DNA of 64,000 bases from contig JANXPB010000147.1 in NCBI GenBank assembly GCA_025357545.1, forward strand, positions 8,361 through 72,360, written 5' to 3'. Of this stretch, positions 18,067 through 32,042 are shown one piece after another. The position numbers and the translations under genes are program-made. The notes beneath the pieces are model-generated. The model was not told the origin of the DNA and ran no database searches. It saw only the letters and a program-made list of their open reading frames with translations. The DNA comes from Holophagaceae bacterium. GTDB taxonomy: Bacteria > Acidobacteriota > Holophagae > Holophagales > Holophagaceae. Positions within the stretch are counted from its first letter, which is position 1, and each line of letters starts with the position of its first letter.

Positions 18067-18083
18067 GGCTGTAGTTTGGCAGA

Positions 18084-21000
18084 TCAGCCCGTTCCCGAGT
18101 CCGGCATGAGGCCCGTAGGGGGTGATTCCGCATGTACAGGCTGGAAACCTGAGGCAGGAATGTCCGGCCACCCTGGGGTCCGATTGGCCATCCCATCCAG
18201 GTCATCCACGAAGCCCGACACCCAAATGTCGATGTCCCAAGGCCGACCGGCCACATCCACAGAGAGGGCGGCCTCGAAGGCATGCCCCACCCGCTTTGGC
18301 AGCCCAGGCACCAGCTCCGCCAGGGGCTGGTGCTCCCCCCGGGCAATGAGTGAGAAGACGTCCCCCACCGCATGAGGGACGATGAGGCGGTGGCCCGTGA
18401 GGGCTTCGTACCCATTGGCCGCGAAAGCATAGACATCGCTTCGTGCGTCCAAGTTGTGGCCCCGCACCTGCTCTGGGGACATGTACTGGGGCGTGCCCAC
18501 CACCATGCCCGTCTGGGTGACTCCACCCTCGGCCGCTAGAGGCTTGGCGAGCCCGAAATCGAGAATCTTCACCTGAAAACCATCAATTCCCTGAATCAAG
18601 AAAATGTTCGCGGGCTTGATGTCGCGGTGGATGACCCCCGCCCGATGCGCAGCGGCCAGTCCTGCCCCGCCTTGGCGCAGCAGGCGCGCCACCTGGGCGG
18701 GGGTGCCAGCCCCATGCCGGGCGATGATTGTCCCAAGATCCACACCTTTCAGTAGCTCCATGACCATGATGGCCGAGCCATCCTCCAGCTCCCCGGAATC
18801 GAAGATCGAAATGACGCCAGGATGCTCGATGCTGGCCAGGGCCCGGGCCTCCTGGGTGAACCTGGCCCGGATCTCGGGGATGCCATAGAGCTCTGGCTTG
18901 ATGAGCTTCAGGGCCACTTCACGGTCCAGCCGCAAGTCCTTGGCCTCGAAGACCAGGCCCATGCCCCCTTCCCCCAGCAACCGGAGAAGCTGGTAGCGGT
19001 TCTCGATGAGGTAGGGCAGCACCCGGGGGGCTTCCAGGAGCGTCTGGTCCCAGGCACACTCCCGCACGGATTCGTCGTAGCAGCGCTGGCAAGTGGGGCA
19101 GATCTGGAGCAGCGCCACGCCCTTCTCCCGCAGGCTGTCACGGGTGTGGGTTTGCAGCTGGCGCGCGGCACTCAAGTTCCGCCGCGTCTTCTGCAATTCC
19201 AGGATGGCGCCAAGCTGAGCCGCAAAGACCCCCACCAATCGCCGTTCCGGTTCTCCCCAGGCAAAGGGGCCTGACAGCACCATTCCCCCCAGGATCTCGC
19301 CACTGGGGCCTTCGACCGGGATGGACAGTTCCCCCCGCCGGTCCTCAACGACTGGAACCGGATTCTTCCGGCGGTCCAGCTTGGGGTTCAGGTAGGGCTT
19401 GGCTTGCAGCTCCTGGAGTGTGGGGATGCGGGTAGCGCTTTCGCCGAGCGCCCGCAATTCCTCCCCCTGCACCGTGTAGATGCCGATGCTGGTGGCGCCG
19501 ATGGTCTGGGCCAATTCCTCGGCGATGGCCCGGGACCAGCTGATGATGTCTCTCTGAGCCAGGCTGCTGCTTTCCATGAGCCTGGCGATCTGCCGGTTCT
19601 GGGACTCGATGTGGTCTTTGGCTGCTGCGATCTCGTGGGTCCGAATCCGGATCCGGTCCTCCAACTCCTCGTTCTTGCGCTGGAGGAGCCCCAGCCGGGT
19701 CCTGACGGCTGCCCAGGCGACCCCGGCCATGGCGAGCAGATACAGTCCATAGGCCCAGACCGTGCGCCAGGGCGCGGGATGGATCTCGAAAGCCAGGTCC
19801 ACCGGCCCCGCCACCTGCCCCCGGTAGTTCCGGGCCCAGACCCGGAACACGTACCGCCCTGCACCCAGGCCGGGGAATTCCCGGTGCGCTTCTGGCGACC
19901 AGGCGGAAGGCGCTTCCTCCAATCCCAGAAGCTGGCTCTGATACCTCGTTTCGCTGGTCCTGAAGAAATTCAGCAGGGCGAACCTGAAATCCAGGCGCCG
20001 CTCCCGATGACCCAGGCGCACGCCTTGAGGAAATTCCCGGGTCTCCCCGTTCACCTGCACCTGCTCAAGCAGCAGCCGGGATACTGCTGGAGCAGGGAGT
20101 TCCTGGGCAGGATCGAAGACCGCCGCGCCACTTATGGAGCCGCCCCAAATCCGGCCGAGAGGGTCCTTCATGGAAGCCCCACCATTGAATTCATTGCTCG
20201 GCAGGCCACTGTCGGTGTTGAAGGCCTCGATATGAAGCGCGCCCAAGGTCCCAGCGACCCGGGCCACGCCCCGGTTGGTGAAGACATACAGCCGCTCCCG
20301 CCCATCCACCTGCACCTGGTAGACCGTATTATTGGGCAGCGGTGGGTCGGTGGTCTCCGACAGTACGTGCCACACCGGTTCCTCCAAGTCTGGATCGCAC
20401 CAGGCCAACCCTCCGCCTTCGGTGCCCGCCCAGAGCTGGTGCCCTCCACCCCAGTGGGTTTCCGCCAAACTCATGACCGTGTTGTTCGGCAGGCCTTCCT
20501 GGGTGGTGAAGATTTTCAATTTTCCCGCTCTACGGCGGGCCAGGCCCGCGCTCTCGGTGCCGATCCAGAGCGTACGGCCACCCAGGCTGTCCAAGGTTTC
20601 CAGGGCCGAGTGAATGTTGTTCGTGGGCAGGCCATCGGCCATGGTCACGCTCTCCCAGGTTTCCCCAGTCCGGCGCCACAATCCCGCCCCGCCACTCATG
20701 AGCCAGAGCACCCGCCGGCCTTCTGTATCCTGGGTCTCCCGCAACTGCCGGATGTTGGCATGCCGGAGGGTGACCGGCGTGGAAGCCGGCCTCCATCGCC
20801 CCCCCGCGAATTGCGCGAGGCCCTGGGCCTGGGTACCGGCGTAGAGGACCGCAGCTCCTCCCTCAAGCGGCCATTCCAGTAAGCTGAATACCGTCACGTC
20901 AGGTAACCCATCTTTGGGGGTATAGAAGCGCACTCGGCTCGGCTCGATCCGGGCCACCCCGCTGCTGCGGGTCCCCAGCCAAAGGGAACCTTCCATTCCT

Positions 21001-22085
21001 TTCCCTTTGGTCCAGGCCAGCGCGTACACGCTGGGATCCGCGAGACCCTGGTCCCGGCCCAGGCTCTGCCACTGGCCAAATTGCAGATGCACCAAGCCCG
21101 CATCCGTGCCGATCCAAAGGGCTTCGGTGCCTGCCTTGGCTTCAACAGGCAGCAGGCTCCAAATGGCTCCGCTGGGAAGCCCGTTCCGAGCCGTGAAGAT
21201 CCTCCAGCCCGCCGAGTCGCGAGAGGCCAGCCCCTCGCCACCGGTTCCTACCCAAAGAACGTCGGAACCATCCATGGCCCGGGTCTGGGCCAAGGCATGG
21301 ATTGATCGTCCTTGTATCTCCATGGGCAGCGGAAGCGGCTTCCAGGCCCCTTGGGATTGCTGGAAAAGCCCACGGGCGGTTCCTGCCAATAGCCCACCAT
21401 CCTTGAGTCTCAAGAGGGATTCCACACTGACGCCAGGTAACTCTGTCCGCGCCACCCGGTTGTTTTCCAACAGGACGAGGCCTTGCCCGGTGCCCACCCA
21501 TAGACCCGCACCCTCCGCAGAGGCCAGGCATTGCATTGGCGCGGCGGGCAATCCCTCGTTGGCACCCAGCATCGTCCAGTGCTGGCCATCAAAGCGGCCC
21601 AACCCCTGCCGTGTCGTCGCCGCCCAGACCGCTCCTTGGCAGGCCAGCAGGGCATTGACCCGGGTGCCGGCCGCCCCCATGAGGCCCTCAGGGCGATCCC
21701 ACCGCCCAGACTTCAGATGGGCAACCCCCCCATCCTGCCGCCCGAACCAGAGCCCGCCATCAACATCTAAAACCATACAACGAAGGAAGTTGGAAAATTT
21801 TCGTTCAGGCATCGCCTCTGCCCGCCAAGCCTGCCCGTCAAAGGTGGCCACGCCATCCTGGGTAGCCACCCAGAGGCGGCCCGAGGAGTCGTACAGCAGG
21901 TCCATGGCCGAGTTCTGGGGCAGACCTTCCCGACTGGTGATGACCTGGAAGGCGGGAGTGGTAACCCGCATGGGGTCCACGGCGGCCGGGGCGGACATCA
22001 GCGCCACCCAAGCCCACAGCAGAGCTCGGCCGGGAATCCCCAGGGATCTGGAGGGACGGCTCAGGGTGGGGGAATTGTTCCACAT
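18084..22085 (-). CDS. Beta-propeller/Y_Y_Y sensor - TM - GAF - Ser/Thr protein kinase fusion
   Basis: 1333 aa. N-terminal signal, then many two-component-regulator-propeller-like repeats (GLPxN..., LWVGT/LWIGT). Y_Y_Y-like segment ([10 protein letters not shown]), TM ([19 protein letters not shown]), coiled coil, GAF-like region and a CPTCQRC mini zinc-ribbon. Hanks kinase motifs: [35 protein letters not shown]. Confidence 0.88.
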   Translation of the reverse strand: MWNNSPTLSRPSRSLGIPGRALLWAWVALMSAPAAVDPMRVTTPAFQVITSREGLPQNSAMDLLYDSSGRLWVATQDGVATFDGQAWRAEAMPERKFSNFLRCMVLDVDGGLWFGRQDGGVAHLKSGRWDRPEGLMGAAGTRVNALLACQGAVWAATTRQGLGRFDGQHWTMLGANEGLPAAPMQCLASAEGAGLWVGTGQGLVLLENNRVARTELPGVSVESLLRLKDGGLLAGTARGLFQQSQGAWKPLPLPMEIQGRSIHALAQTRAMDGSDVLWVGTGGEGLASRDSAGWRIFTARNGLPSGAIWSLLPVEAKAGTEALWIGTDAGLVHLQFGQWQSLGRDQGLADPSVYALAWTKGKGMEGSLWLGTRSSGVARIEPSRVRFYTPKDGLPDVTVFSLLEWPLEGGAAVLYAGTQAQGLAQFAGGRWRPASTPVTLRHANIRQLRETQDTEGRRVLWLMSGGAGLWRRTGETWESVTMADGLPTNNIHSALETLDSLGGRTLWIGTESAGLARRRAGKLKIFTTQEGLPNNTVMSLAETHWGGGHQLWAGTEGGGLAWCDPDLEEPVWHVLSETTDPPLPNNTVYQVQVDGRERLYVFTNRGVARVAGTLGALHIEAFNTDSGLPSNEFNGGASMKDPLGRIWGGSISGAAVFDPAQELPAPAVSRLLLEQVQVNGETREFPQGVRLGHRERRLDFRFALLNFFRTSETRYQSQLLGLEEAPSAWSPEAHREFPGLGAGRYVFRVWARNYRGQVAGPVDLAFEIHPAPWRTVWAYGLYLLAMAGVAWAAVRTRLGLLQRKNEELEDRIRIRTHEIAAAKDHIESQNRQIARLMESSSLAQRDIISWSRAIAEELAQTIGATSIGIYTVQGEELRALGESATRIPTLQELQAKPYLNPKLDRRKNPVPVVEDRRGELSIPVEGPSGEILGGMVLSGPFAWGEPERRLVGVFAAQLGAILELQKTRRNLSAARQLQTHTRDSLREKGVALLQICPTCQRCYDESVRECAWDQTLLEAPRVLPYLIENRYQLLRLLGEGGMGLVFEAKDLRLDREVALKLIKPELYGIPEIRARFTQEARALASIEHPGVISIFDSGELEDGSAIMVMELLKGVDLGTIIARHGAGTPAQVARLLRQGGAGLAAAHRAGVIHRDIKPANIFLIQGIDGFQVKILDFGLAKPLAAEGGVTQTGMVVGTPQYMSPEQVRGHNLDARSDVYAFAANGYEALTGHRLIVPHAVGDVFSLIARGEHQPLAELVPGLPKRVGHAFEAALSVDVAGRPWDIDIWVSGFVDDLDGMANRTPGWPDIPASGFQPVHAESPPTGLMPDSGTG

Positions 22086-22212
22086 GGAACAGGGCTCTCA
22101 GGGGGGATCGATGCTTGAGGCGGGTTCAGCTTCGAGTAGACCCCAGCAGGACCATTCTAAGAAGCGCAAAAACCTGGTCCCCGTGGCAGAATTTTTCCTT
22201 TGGGGGGACTCC

Positions 22213-23451
22213 ATGTATGAAGTGCTGCGACAGGCGGATCCGGCTGTGTTTTCAGCGCTCGAGCAGGAGATCGGGCGCCAGCGTCATCATCTGGAGCTCA
22301 TCGCCTCCGAGAACTACGCCTCTGTGGCCGTGATGCAGGCCATGGGCAGCCACTTCACCAACAAGTATGCGGAAGGCTACCCGGGGCGACGCTACTACGG
22401 CGGTTGTGTCAACGTCGACGTCGTGGAGAACCTGGCCCGGGACCGCGCCAAACAACTTTTCGGTGCCGAGCATGCCAACGTGCAGCCCCACAGTGGTGCC
22501 CAGGCCAATATGGCCGTCTACTTCGCCATGCTGAAGCCCGGCGACACTGTGCTGGGCCTGGATTTGGCCCACGGCGGCCACTTGACCCACGGGCACCCCC
22601 TCAACAGCAGCGGCGTGCTCTACAAATTTGTGGGCTACCACGTGCGCAGGGACAATGAGCGCGTGGATATGGACGAGGTGCGCAGCCTCGCACTCGAACA
22701 CCGTCCAAAGATGATCGTGGTGGGCGCTTCGGCCTACCCGCGGACTTTCGATTTCCCCGCCTTCCGGGCCATCGCGGATGAGGTCGGCGCCCTCATCCTG
22801 GTGGACATGGCCCACATCGCGGGCTTGGTGGCCACCGGCCACCACCCCAGCCCGGTGCCCTACGCTGATTTCGTCACCACCACCACCCACAAGACCCTTC
22901 GCGGACCCCGCGGCGGCATGATTCTCTGCAGAGAAGCCTACGCCAAGGACCTGGACCGCGCCGTCTTCCCGGGCATCCAAGGGGGCCCGCTGATGCACGT
23001 CATCGCCGCCAAGGCGGTGGCCTTCGCCGAGGCGCTAGAGCCCTCCTTCAAGGTCTACAGCGGCCAGGTGGTCGCCAACGCCCAGGCCCTGGCCAAAGGC
23101 CTCCAGAAAAAGGGCTGGCGCCTTATCAGTGGGGGCACGGACAACCATTTGCTGCTGGTGGATGTCTTTGCCCAGGGGATCCTGGGCAACGAAGCGGAAA
23201 AGGTGCTGGACCGCGCGGGGCTGACGGCCAATAAGAATGGGATTCCCTTCGATCCCAATCCGCCCCTCAAGCCCTCGGGTATCCGCCTGGGCAGCCCCGC
23301 CCTTACCAGCCGGGGCATGAAGGAGGGCGAGATGGCCCTGGTTGCCGATTGGATCGACCGCGCCCTGCACTTTAGGGCCGATGAGGCTGCGATCTCTGGT
23401 ATCCAGGCGGAGGTTTTTGCCCTCGGGGAGCGATTCCCAATCCCGGAGTAA
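22213..23451 (+). CDS. glyA: Serine hydroxymethyltransferase
   Basis: [13 protein letters not shown]...LELIASENY and [13 protein letters not shown] (PLP Lys). The 814-aa ORF from 21007 is an artefactual upstream extension antisense to the kinase. Confidence 0.95.
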   Translation: MYEVLRQADPAVFSALEQEIGRQRHHLELIASENYASVAVMQAMGSHFTNKYAEGYPGRRYYGGCVNVDVVENLARDRAKQLFGAEHANVQPHSGAQANMAVYFAMLKPGDTVLGLDLAHGGHLTHGHPLNSSGVLYKFVGYHVRRDNERVDMDEVRSLALEHRPKMIVVGASAYPRTFDFPAFRAIADEVGALILVDMAHIAGLVATGHHPSPVPYADFVTTTTHKTLRGPRGGMILCREAYAKDLDRAVFPGIQGGPLMHVIAAKAVAFAEALEPSFKVYSGQVVANAQALAKGLQKKGWRLISGGTDNHLLLVDVFAQGILGNEAEKVLDRAGLTANKNGIPFDPNPPLKPSGIRLGSPALTSRGMKEGEMALVADWIDRALHFRADEAAISGIQAEVFALGERFPIPE

Positions 23452-23491
23452 GCGAGGACTCAACTGCAGGTCCCGAAACCCTCACATCGAC

Positions 23492-23827
23492 TCATTCCTC
23501 GAGGGCCTTGACCGCGGCGAATAGCCCCTGCACTACCTGGGCCATGGGGGTGTAATCAAGGCGTTCCGGAGTGCCGCGATCGGTGTGATACCCCCGATTC
23601 CGGTAGAAGGCTGAATCCGTAACCATGACCGCCGGGATTCCTTTTCCCCAATAGCTTAAGTGATCGGAAAAATCGATGCCAGTCAGGTTCGCTGGCACAT
23701 TCATGGACCAGATGGGTAGGGGTGAGGCTGATTGCATGGCCGCCTTTACTGCGGAAGTGGGACGCCTGACACTGAAGCCGTCGCCCAACCCAGGTGCAGT
23801 AAACTGATCCTCATGCGATCCACACAC
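23492..23827 (-). pseudogene. C-terminal remnant of an M28-family peptidase
   Basis: FSDHLSYWGKGIPAVMVTDSAFYRNRGYHTDRGTPERLDY matches the conserved C-terminal third of M28 aminopeptidases. No N-terminal catalytic part exists upstream on the - strand, where a + strand lipoprotein gene now sits. Confidence 0.6.
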
Positions 23828-25006
23828 CTTGCTGCCATTTTGACCTTTCTCGTTCTCGGCTGTGGAGGCGGTTCGGGAAATGGATCCGACCCGGGCCCGA
23901 GTGGTCCGTTGGGTGCCACCACCGGCAATTTCGGCGCCAGCCTGGCCTCAAGTGTGGCTCGGAACGGCGTAGCTGGCTGTTGGGGCTACGTCGCCCCCGA
24001 CGGGGGCCGCTATGGCCTGATGGGCACCGCCAAAGGTGTGCTTGTGGTGGACTTGAGGAATCCAGACCAGCCACGGATTGTTGATGAGGTAGACGGCCCC
24101 ACCAATACCACCCTGCCGGGGATCTACTGGCGGGAGATGCGGGTCTATGGCCACTACGCCTACATTTGCAGCGAACACACCAACGTGCGGGGCGGCGTGA
24201 TGGTGCTGGACCTGGCGGGCTTGCCGGACCACGTGAACTACGTGCGCAGCATCGTCCCCCACGATGGCCGTTTGAACGCCCATACCGTGGACATCGACCC
24301 TGGCACCGGCCTGCTCTACCTTCAGCGCTACACCCAACTGGACCCGCCAGGGTCGCAAGAGGGTCCATACCTGTCCCATCATGACGAGGAATTCGGCACC
24401 TCGGGCCAAGGGTCCGTAGAGCTCTGGGACCTCAAGACCGACCCCGAGCAGCCAGCTTACGTGACCACCTTCAACCAGGGCCATTTCGTTCATGACATGA
24501 CCGCCCGCAATGGCCGCTGTTATGTGGCAGAAGGCTCCGACAGCACCTACTCCATCTGGAACATCAGCAATCCCCGTCATCCGGCGTTAATGGTCCGCTG
24601 GAATGTGGCACCGGGACATTTTGCCCACAATATCTGGCCCGCTGAGGATGGCAGCTATGTCGCCACCACCGAGGAGGTCCCACGAGGGCTCCCCATGCGC
24701 CTCTGGTCCTTGGATGGCAGCCACCCCCCCACCTCTCGGGGCAGCTTTAAATACGAGGACGCCACTCCCCACAATGTTCAGATTGAGGGCCACCGCGCCT
24801 ACCTGAGCCACTACAGCCAGGGGCTGGTGGTGGTGGACCTCAGCAACCTGGACCAACCCACGGCGCTCGCCCATTGGGACACGAGCCCCTTCTCTGGCAG
24901 CGACTATGAAGGGTGTTGGGGGGTCTTCAAGTTCCCTGGACAACCCTTACTACTGGGCAGTGACATCGACCAGGGCCTCCAAGTGGTCCACATCACGGTG
25001 CCCTAG
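23813..25006 (+). CDS. Lipoprotein, LVIVD-repeat / choice-of-anchor-B-like beta-propeller
   Basis: Lipobox LVLGC after MRSTHLAAILTF (ATG 23813). Repeated motifs: GVLVVDLRNPDQP, VMVLDLAGLPD, VELWDLKTDPEQP, YSIWNISNPRHP, LVVVDLSNLDQP. Confidence 0.7.
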   Translation: MRSTHLAAILTFLVLGCGGGSGNGSDPGPSGPLGATTGNFGASLASSVARNGVAGCWGYVAPDGGRYGLMGTAKGVLVVDLRNPDQPRIVDEVDGPTNTTLPGIYWREMRVYGHYAYICSEHTNVRGGVMVLDLAGLPDHVNYVRSIVPHDGRLNAHTVDIDPGTGLLYLQRYTQLDPPGSQEGPYLSHHDEEFGTSGQGSVELWDLKTDPEQPAYVTTFNQGHFVHDMTARNGRCYVAEGSDSTYSIWNISNPRHPALMVRWNVAPGHFAHNIWPAEDGSYVATTEEVPRGLPMRLWSLDGSHPPTSRGSFKYEDATPHNVQIEGHRAYLSHYSQGLVVVDLSNLDQPTALAHWDTSPFSGSDYEGCWGVFKFPGQPLLLGSDIDQGLQVVHITVP

Positions 25007-25010
25007 ACCC

Positions 25011-25442
25011 ATGGAAGCCGACGGCCTCTTCGTGTACGGTCCGCTGCGCGAAGGTGGGGGGAACCACGCCTGGTTGAAGCGGACGAATCCTATCGGCCAC
25101 AGCCTGGCCTATGCTCCGGGACGCTTGTTCCATTTGCCCGAGGCGGGTTGCCCGGCCATGACGCCGGGGCCCATCCCGAGTGAGCTGCCGCCGGGGGCCG
25201 GTTGGGTGGTGGGTGAGTTCAGCGGATATGAAGATGACCGAGATCTCGAGAGCGCCCTGGACGACCTGGACCAGCTTCAAGGATTGGAAGAAGGTCGTTT
25301 CGAGCGACGGGTGATCCCTATCCTGTTGTTTGGCGGACAAAGCTACGCGGCCTGGGCTTATGTGTTCCCGGTGGACTGGCTGCCGCGGCTGGAGTGCGAG
25401 GGTGTCGAACTAATGGGCGGCGACTGGGAGGCGTATTTATAA
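25011..25442 (+). CDS. Gamma-glutamylcyclotransferase (AIG2/GGCT-like) family protein
   Basis: LFVYGPLREGGGNH (YGxL-type start) and VVGEF. ATG at 25011, 4 nt after the lipoprotein stop. Confidence 0.65.
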   Translation: MEADGLFVYGPLREGGGNHAWLKRTNPIGHSLAYAPGRLFHLPEAGCPAMTPGPIPSELPPGAGWVVGEFSGYEDDRDLESALDDLDQLQGLEEGRFERRVIPILLFGGQSYAAWAYVFPVDWLPRLECEGVELMGGDWEAYL

Positions 25443-25611
25443 GCCACGAGGCTGCAGTTGCAACCCCTTGCTTCTAAGTTGTTGCGAAAAAATAACTTGA
25501 ACATTGAGCTGGTGGACCGGAACTCATACCCCTTAACGAATCGCCTGCGCTTTTGTGACGGTTCGGTTAGGGATCTTTATATCCTTGAGATTGATAGGGC
25601 TGTAACCAACC

Positions 25612-25637
25612 AACCAGGACTGCCCTGGTTATTTTGT
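25612..25637 (+). terminator. Rho-independent-type terminator hairpin (possibly bidirectional, at the gyrA 3' end)
   Basis: AACCAGG-ACTGC-CCTGGTT followed by ATTTTGT. Located 9 nt beyond the gyrA stop on the opposite strand. Confidence 0.5.
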
Positions 25638-25645
25638 AACGAAGT

Positions 25646-28249
25646 CTAAAGTCCGAGCTTGGCCTGTTCCCCGCTTTCGTCGGGGCCCGGCGTGGCCAGT
25701 TCCGCGTCGGTGACCAGGTCCTCTTCTTCGTCGAAGGCCATGGCGCTGCCATCGATCTTGGCGATGCCAACCACCTTGTCCTGGTCTGAGCCCAAGTTAA
25801 GAAGTTTCACACCTTGCGCGGCCCGGCCCGTCTTGCGGACCTCGTCGATGAGAAACTTGATGACCATGCCTTCCTGGCTGATGAGCAGGCAACCCTCGCC
25901 TGGCTTCACGAGCTTGAAACCCACCACCGGCCCATTGCGGACGCCAGCGCGAATGTTGATCACGCCCGTGCCGCCCCGGCCCTGCAGGCGGTAGTCCTGC
26001 AGCAGGCTGCGCTTACCATAGCCCTTCTCGGTGACGGTCAGCAGCATGCCGTGGTCAGCGGTGGATTCGTCCGCCTGCACGCCTTCGGGCAAGTCAGGGA
26101 GAGCGTCGGCCACCTCCATATCCACGATGCGGTCCCCGGAACCCAGACGCATGCCCCGCACGCCGGTGGCCACGCGCCCCACGGCACGGATGTCCTCTTC
26201 GCCAAAGCGGATGGCCTTGCCCTGGGCCGTGGCCAGCAGAATCTGCTGGGCGCCATTGGAGCGGCGCACGGCCACCAGGCTATTCCCATCGTCAATATTG
26301 AGGGCGATGAGGCCATTGGAGCGTATATTCCCGTAAAGACTGATAGAAGTACGTTTGACTGTGCCATCGCTGGTGGCGAAGACCAGGAATTCGCCTTCGG
26401 GGAATTCCCGGATCGCCATAAGGGTGACCACGTTTTCGCCATCTTTCAGGCTGATGAGGTTCTTGATGTGCTTGCCGCGGGTATTGGCGGCGGCCTCGGG
26501 CAGGTCGTAGACCTTGAGGGCGTAGACGTACCCACGGTCCGTGAAGGCCATGAGCGTGTCGTGGGCCTTGGTCATGAAAAGCTGCTCGACGAAATCTTCG
26601 TCCTTGGTCTTCATGCCCAGCTTGCCCTTTCCGCCGCGCTTCTGCTTGCGATAGGACTGCAGGTCCGTTCGCTTGATGTAGCCGGTCTTGGACATGGTGA
26701 CGACCATCGGATCATCCGGCACCACGTCTTCCATCCGAATGCTGCCGGAGTAGCCCACGATCTCCGTACGGCGGTCCTCACCGAATTGCTCCACGATCGC
26801 GTTGAGTTCTTCCCGGATGACGCCCAGGAGCAGAGCTTCGTCCGCCAAGATGGACTTGAGATGGGCGATGGTCTTTTCCAGCTCGGCCAACTCGTCGAGA
26901 ATCTTCTGGTGCTCAAGGCCCGTGAGGCGCTGCAGACGCATATCCAGAATGGCTTGAGCCTGGATGGCGCTGAGTTTGAGGGCAGGGTTTTTCTTGAGTT
27001 CCACCGCCGAAGCGAAGCGTCCCTCCATGAGACCTTGCTTGGCTTCATCAGGGGTCTTGGCGGCCCGGATGAGCTTGATGACGGCATCCAGGTGGTCCAG
27101 GGCGATCTTGAGCCCCAGCAACACATGATGGCGCTCCTCGGCCTTCTTGAGCTGGAACATGGTGCGGCGGGTGACCACCTCACGCCGGAAGCCCAGGAAT
27201 TCCTGGAGCATCTCCTTGAGAGTGCAGACCCTTGGCTGCCCGTTGACGATGGCCAACATGGTGATTGGGAAAGAGTTTTGCAGTTGAGTCTGCTGATAAA
27301 GCTGGTTCAACACGATGTCGGAGGGCTCGTTCTTCTTGAGCTCCACCACCAGCCGGATGCCCTCCCGGTCGCTTTCATCCCGAAGGTCGCTGATGCCATC
27401 AATTTTCTTGTCCCGCACCAATTCCGCGATCTTTTCGGTCAGGGTGGCCTTGTTCACCTGGTAGGGCAGTTCAGTGAAAACCAACTGCTCCCGGTCGCCG
27501 GCCCGTTTTATCTGCTCTACATGGCCCTTGGCGCGCACCACGCAGCGGCCGCGTCCGGTACGGTAGGCGTCCACCACGCCCTCGGTGCCCAACATGAGAC
27601 CACCCCCCGGGAAATCGGGACCCTGGATGTGGGTCATCAGGCGATCCATCCCGGCGGACGGATCATCGATCAGCACCATCAGCGCCGCGCAGCACTCGCG
27701 CAGATTATGGGGCGGAATGGAGGTGGCCATCCCCACGGCGATGCCCTGGGAGCCATTGACCAGTAGGTTCGGAAAGCGGGTCGGAAGGACCAAGGGTTCC
27801 ACCTCGGAACCGTCGTAGTTGGGTCCGAAATCCACCGTGTCCTGGTCGATGTCGTCCATCATGGCGCTGCCAGTGCGGCTCAGGCGGGCCTCGGTGTACC
27901 GCATGGCCGCCGGGCTATCGCCATCGATGGAGCCAAAGTTGCCCTGGCCATCCACTAGAGGATGGCGGAGGGAGAAGGGCTGGGCCATGCGCACCAAGGT
28001 GTCATAGGCCGGCACATCGCCGTGGGGGTGGTACTTACCGATGACGTCCCCCACGGTGCGGGCGGATTTGCGGTAGGCCCGGTTCCACTCGTTGTTGGAC
28101 GCCTTCATGGCGTAGAGCACACGCCGGTGGACCGGCTTGAGGCCGTCCCGCACGTCTGGCAGGGCTCGTCCCACGATCACGCTCATGGCGTAGTCGAGGT
28201 AGGACCTCCGCATTTCCTTTTCGATTTCAATGGGTTCGATTCGGGTCAT
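25646..28249 (-). CDS. gyrA: DNA gyrase subunit A
   Basis: [26 protein letters not shown], and C-terminal beta-pinwheel repeats. Confidence 0.97.
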   Translation of the reverse strand: MTRIEPIEIEKEMRRSYLDYAMSVIVGRALPDVRDGLKPVHRRVLYAMKASNNEWNRAYRKSARTVGDVIGKYHPHGDVPAYDTLVRMAQPFSLRHPLVDGQGNFGSIDGDSPAAMRYTEARLSRTGSAMMDDIDQDTVDFGPNYDGSEVEPLVLPTRFPNLLVNGSQGIAVGMATSIPPHNLRECCAALMVLIDDPSAGMDRLMTHIQGPDFPGGGLMLGTEGVVDAYRTGRGRCVVRAKGHVEQIKRAGDREQLVFTELPYQVNKATLTEKIAELVRDKKIDGISDLRDESDREGIRLVVELKKNEPSDIVLNQLYQQTQLQNSFPITMLAIVNGQPRVCTLKEMLQEFLGFRREVVTRRTMFQLKKAEERHHVLLGLKIALDHLDAVIKLIRAAKTPDEAKQGLMEGRFASAVELKKNPALKLSAIQAQAILDMRLQRLTGLEHQKILDELAELEKTIAHLKSILADEALLLGVIREELNAIVEQFGEDRRTEIVGYSGSIRMEDVVPDDPMVVTMSKTGYIKRTDLQSYRKQKRGGKGKLGMKTKDEDFVEQLFMTKAHDTLMAFTDRGYVYALKVYDLPEAAANTRGKHIKNLISLKDGENVVTLMAIREFPEGEFLVFATSDGTVKRTSISLYGNIRSNGLIALNIDDGNSLVAVRRSNGAQQILLATAQGKAIRFGEEDIRAVGRVATGVRGMRLGSGDRIVDMEVADALPDLPEGVQADESTADHGMLLTVTEKGYGKRSLLQDYRLQGRGGTGVINIRAGVRNGPVVGFKLVKPGEGCLLISQEGMVIKFLIDEVRKTGRAAQGVKLLNLGSDQDKVVGIAKIDGSAMAFDEEEDLVTDAELATPGPDESGEQAKLGL

Positions 28250-28260
28250 GAGCTACTCGT

Positions 28261-28274
28261 GTTCTACGTGGAAC
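28261..28274. promoter_or_regulatory. Palindrome GTTCTACGTGGAAC upstream of gyrA (candidate operator)
   Basis: Lies 12-25 nt upstream of the gyrA start codon. A near-identical copy is at 45004-45017. Confidence 0.3.
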
Positions 28275-28302
28275 AAAAAGGAAGGATGCCAAGCTACAAG
28301 AA

Positions 28303-30864
<2,562 letters not shown>

Positions 30865-30908
30865 TCACTTTGCTAGGCGGACGAAAAACAAGGGCCCTGG
30901 GATACCAC

Positions 30909-32042
30909 TCAAACGGCGGCGGGGCTCGCAAAACGGACGGGCATGAGGATGTAGCGGAAGCTCAAGTCTTCCAGGCTGGGGCTCATAAAGATGCCCTGGC
31001 CGACTTCATCCTTGAACTGATAGACGACTTCCTCCCCTGGCAGTCGGTCCAGTAGTTCGGTCAGGTAGTCGATATTGAAGGCGAGCTCGAAAGGGGCTTC
31101 CTCACCAGAGAAGGAGAGCGTGCCCTGGTTGAGCCCTTCGTCGGGATGCTGGAAGAGCACCTTAAGGTTCGGAAATTCAAAAAAGAGCCGGACATTCTTG
31201 TTGTAGTCGTCTTTTTTGAGGCCCGCGATGCGCAGGGTGCGCAGAAAGTCTTCGCGGTCCAGGATCACCCGCTTGGGGAGCTCCGCCGGCAGCACTTTTT
31301 CATAGGCGGGGTAATTCCCGGTCACCAGGCGCGAGGACATCTTGAGCCCTGGCTGCTCCATGAATAGGCTCGTGCTGTCCCACTGCAGCGTGATTTCCCC
31401 CTCTTGGGAAGGGAAGGAGTGCAGGAGGTCAAGTGCGCGCTTGGGAACGATCAGCCGGACATCCTCTGCCAATCCAGTGGGCTGCTGCAGTTCGGCGACC
31501 GCCAGCCGGAAACCATCGGTGGACACCACCCGGACGGAAGTCTTGGTCAAGTGGAGCAGCACCGCCGAAAGGGTCGGTTTGGTGGCGTCGCGGCTCACTG
31601 CCAACGAGCCTAGTTGCACTGCCTGTTTCAGGAGTGAGATGGGAAGCTTCAGGCTAGGCAACGAGGCCTGCGGGGCGGGCAGCTCCGGAAACCCTTCGCC
31701 CGGCTGGAGGTTGTGTTCTGAGTTGTAGCCCTTGGTCCTTAGCCAAAGCCGGTTCGAGTTGTCCGGCCACTCCAGGGTAAGGACGCCCTCCGGGTAAGCC
31801 TTCACCGTCTCAATGAATTTCTTTCCTGGAATGGCGACGGTTCTCTCTCCGGCGCCCTCCACGGGAAGGGTCGCATCGAAAGCCAGCTCCATGTCGGTGG
31901 CTCGAAGCGTCAGCTCACCGTGCTGCAAGTGCATCAACACGTGCTGGAGGATGGGCAAAGTCACTCGCCGGTCCAGCGCATGTTTCAAGATCCCAAGTGT
32001 GCGGTCGAGGCGATCCTTGGAGACCTGGATTTGAATACTCAT
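30909..32042 (-). CDS. dnaN: DNA polymerase III beta sliding clamp
   Basis: 377 aa, positioned between dnaA and gyrB, with clamp-like three-domain length and a C-terminal ILMPVR motif. Confidence 0.92.
   Translation of the reverse strand: MSIQIQVSKDRLDRTLGILKHALDRRVTLPILQHVLMHLQHGELTLRATDMELAFDATLPVEGAGERTVAIPGKKFIETVKAYPEGVLTLEWPDNSNRLWLRTKGYNSEHNLQPGEGFPELPAPQASLPSLKLPISLLKQAVQLGSLAVSRDATKPTLSAVLLHLTKTSVRVVSTDGFRLAVAELQQPTGLAEDVRLIVPKRALDLLHSFPSQEGEITLQWDSTSLFMEQPGLKMSSRLVTGNYPAYEKVLPAELPKRVILDREDFLRTLRIAGLKKDDYNKNVRLFFEFPNLKVLFQHPDEGLNQGTLSFSGEEAPFELAFNIDYLTELLDRLPGEEVVYQFKDEVGQGIFMSPSLEDLSFRYILMPVRFASPAAV

Noticed and set aside
19404-20882. 492-aa + strand ORF inside the propeller-kinase gene
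   Set aside because: Antisense to a coherent 1333-aa multidomain protein. The product is Pro/Gly/Arg-rich with no motifs.
21007-22212. N-terminal 402 aa of the 814-aa ORF that ends as glyA
   Set aside because: SHMT begins at the Met at 22213 ([10 protein letters not shown]...). The upstream part is antisense to the kinase gene, is Ser/Pro/Arg/Ala-rich, and has no homology features.
25458-25649. 63-aa ORF in the GGCT-gyrA spacer
   Set aside because: TTG start, no RBS, runs through a terminator hairpin and into the gyrA stop. Kept only as a possible sRNA locus in the findings.
25814-27766. 650-aa ORF on the + strand
   Set aside because: It lies entirely antisense to gyrA, whose translation has unmistakable gyrase motifs. 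The product is a low-complexity sequence rich in Gly, Ala, His and Asp, typical of alternate-frame ORFs in GC-rich DNA.
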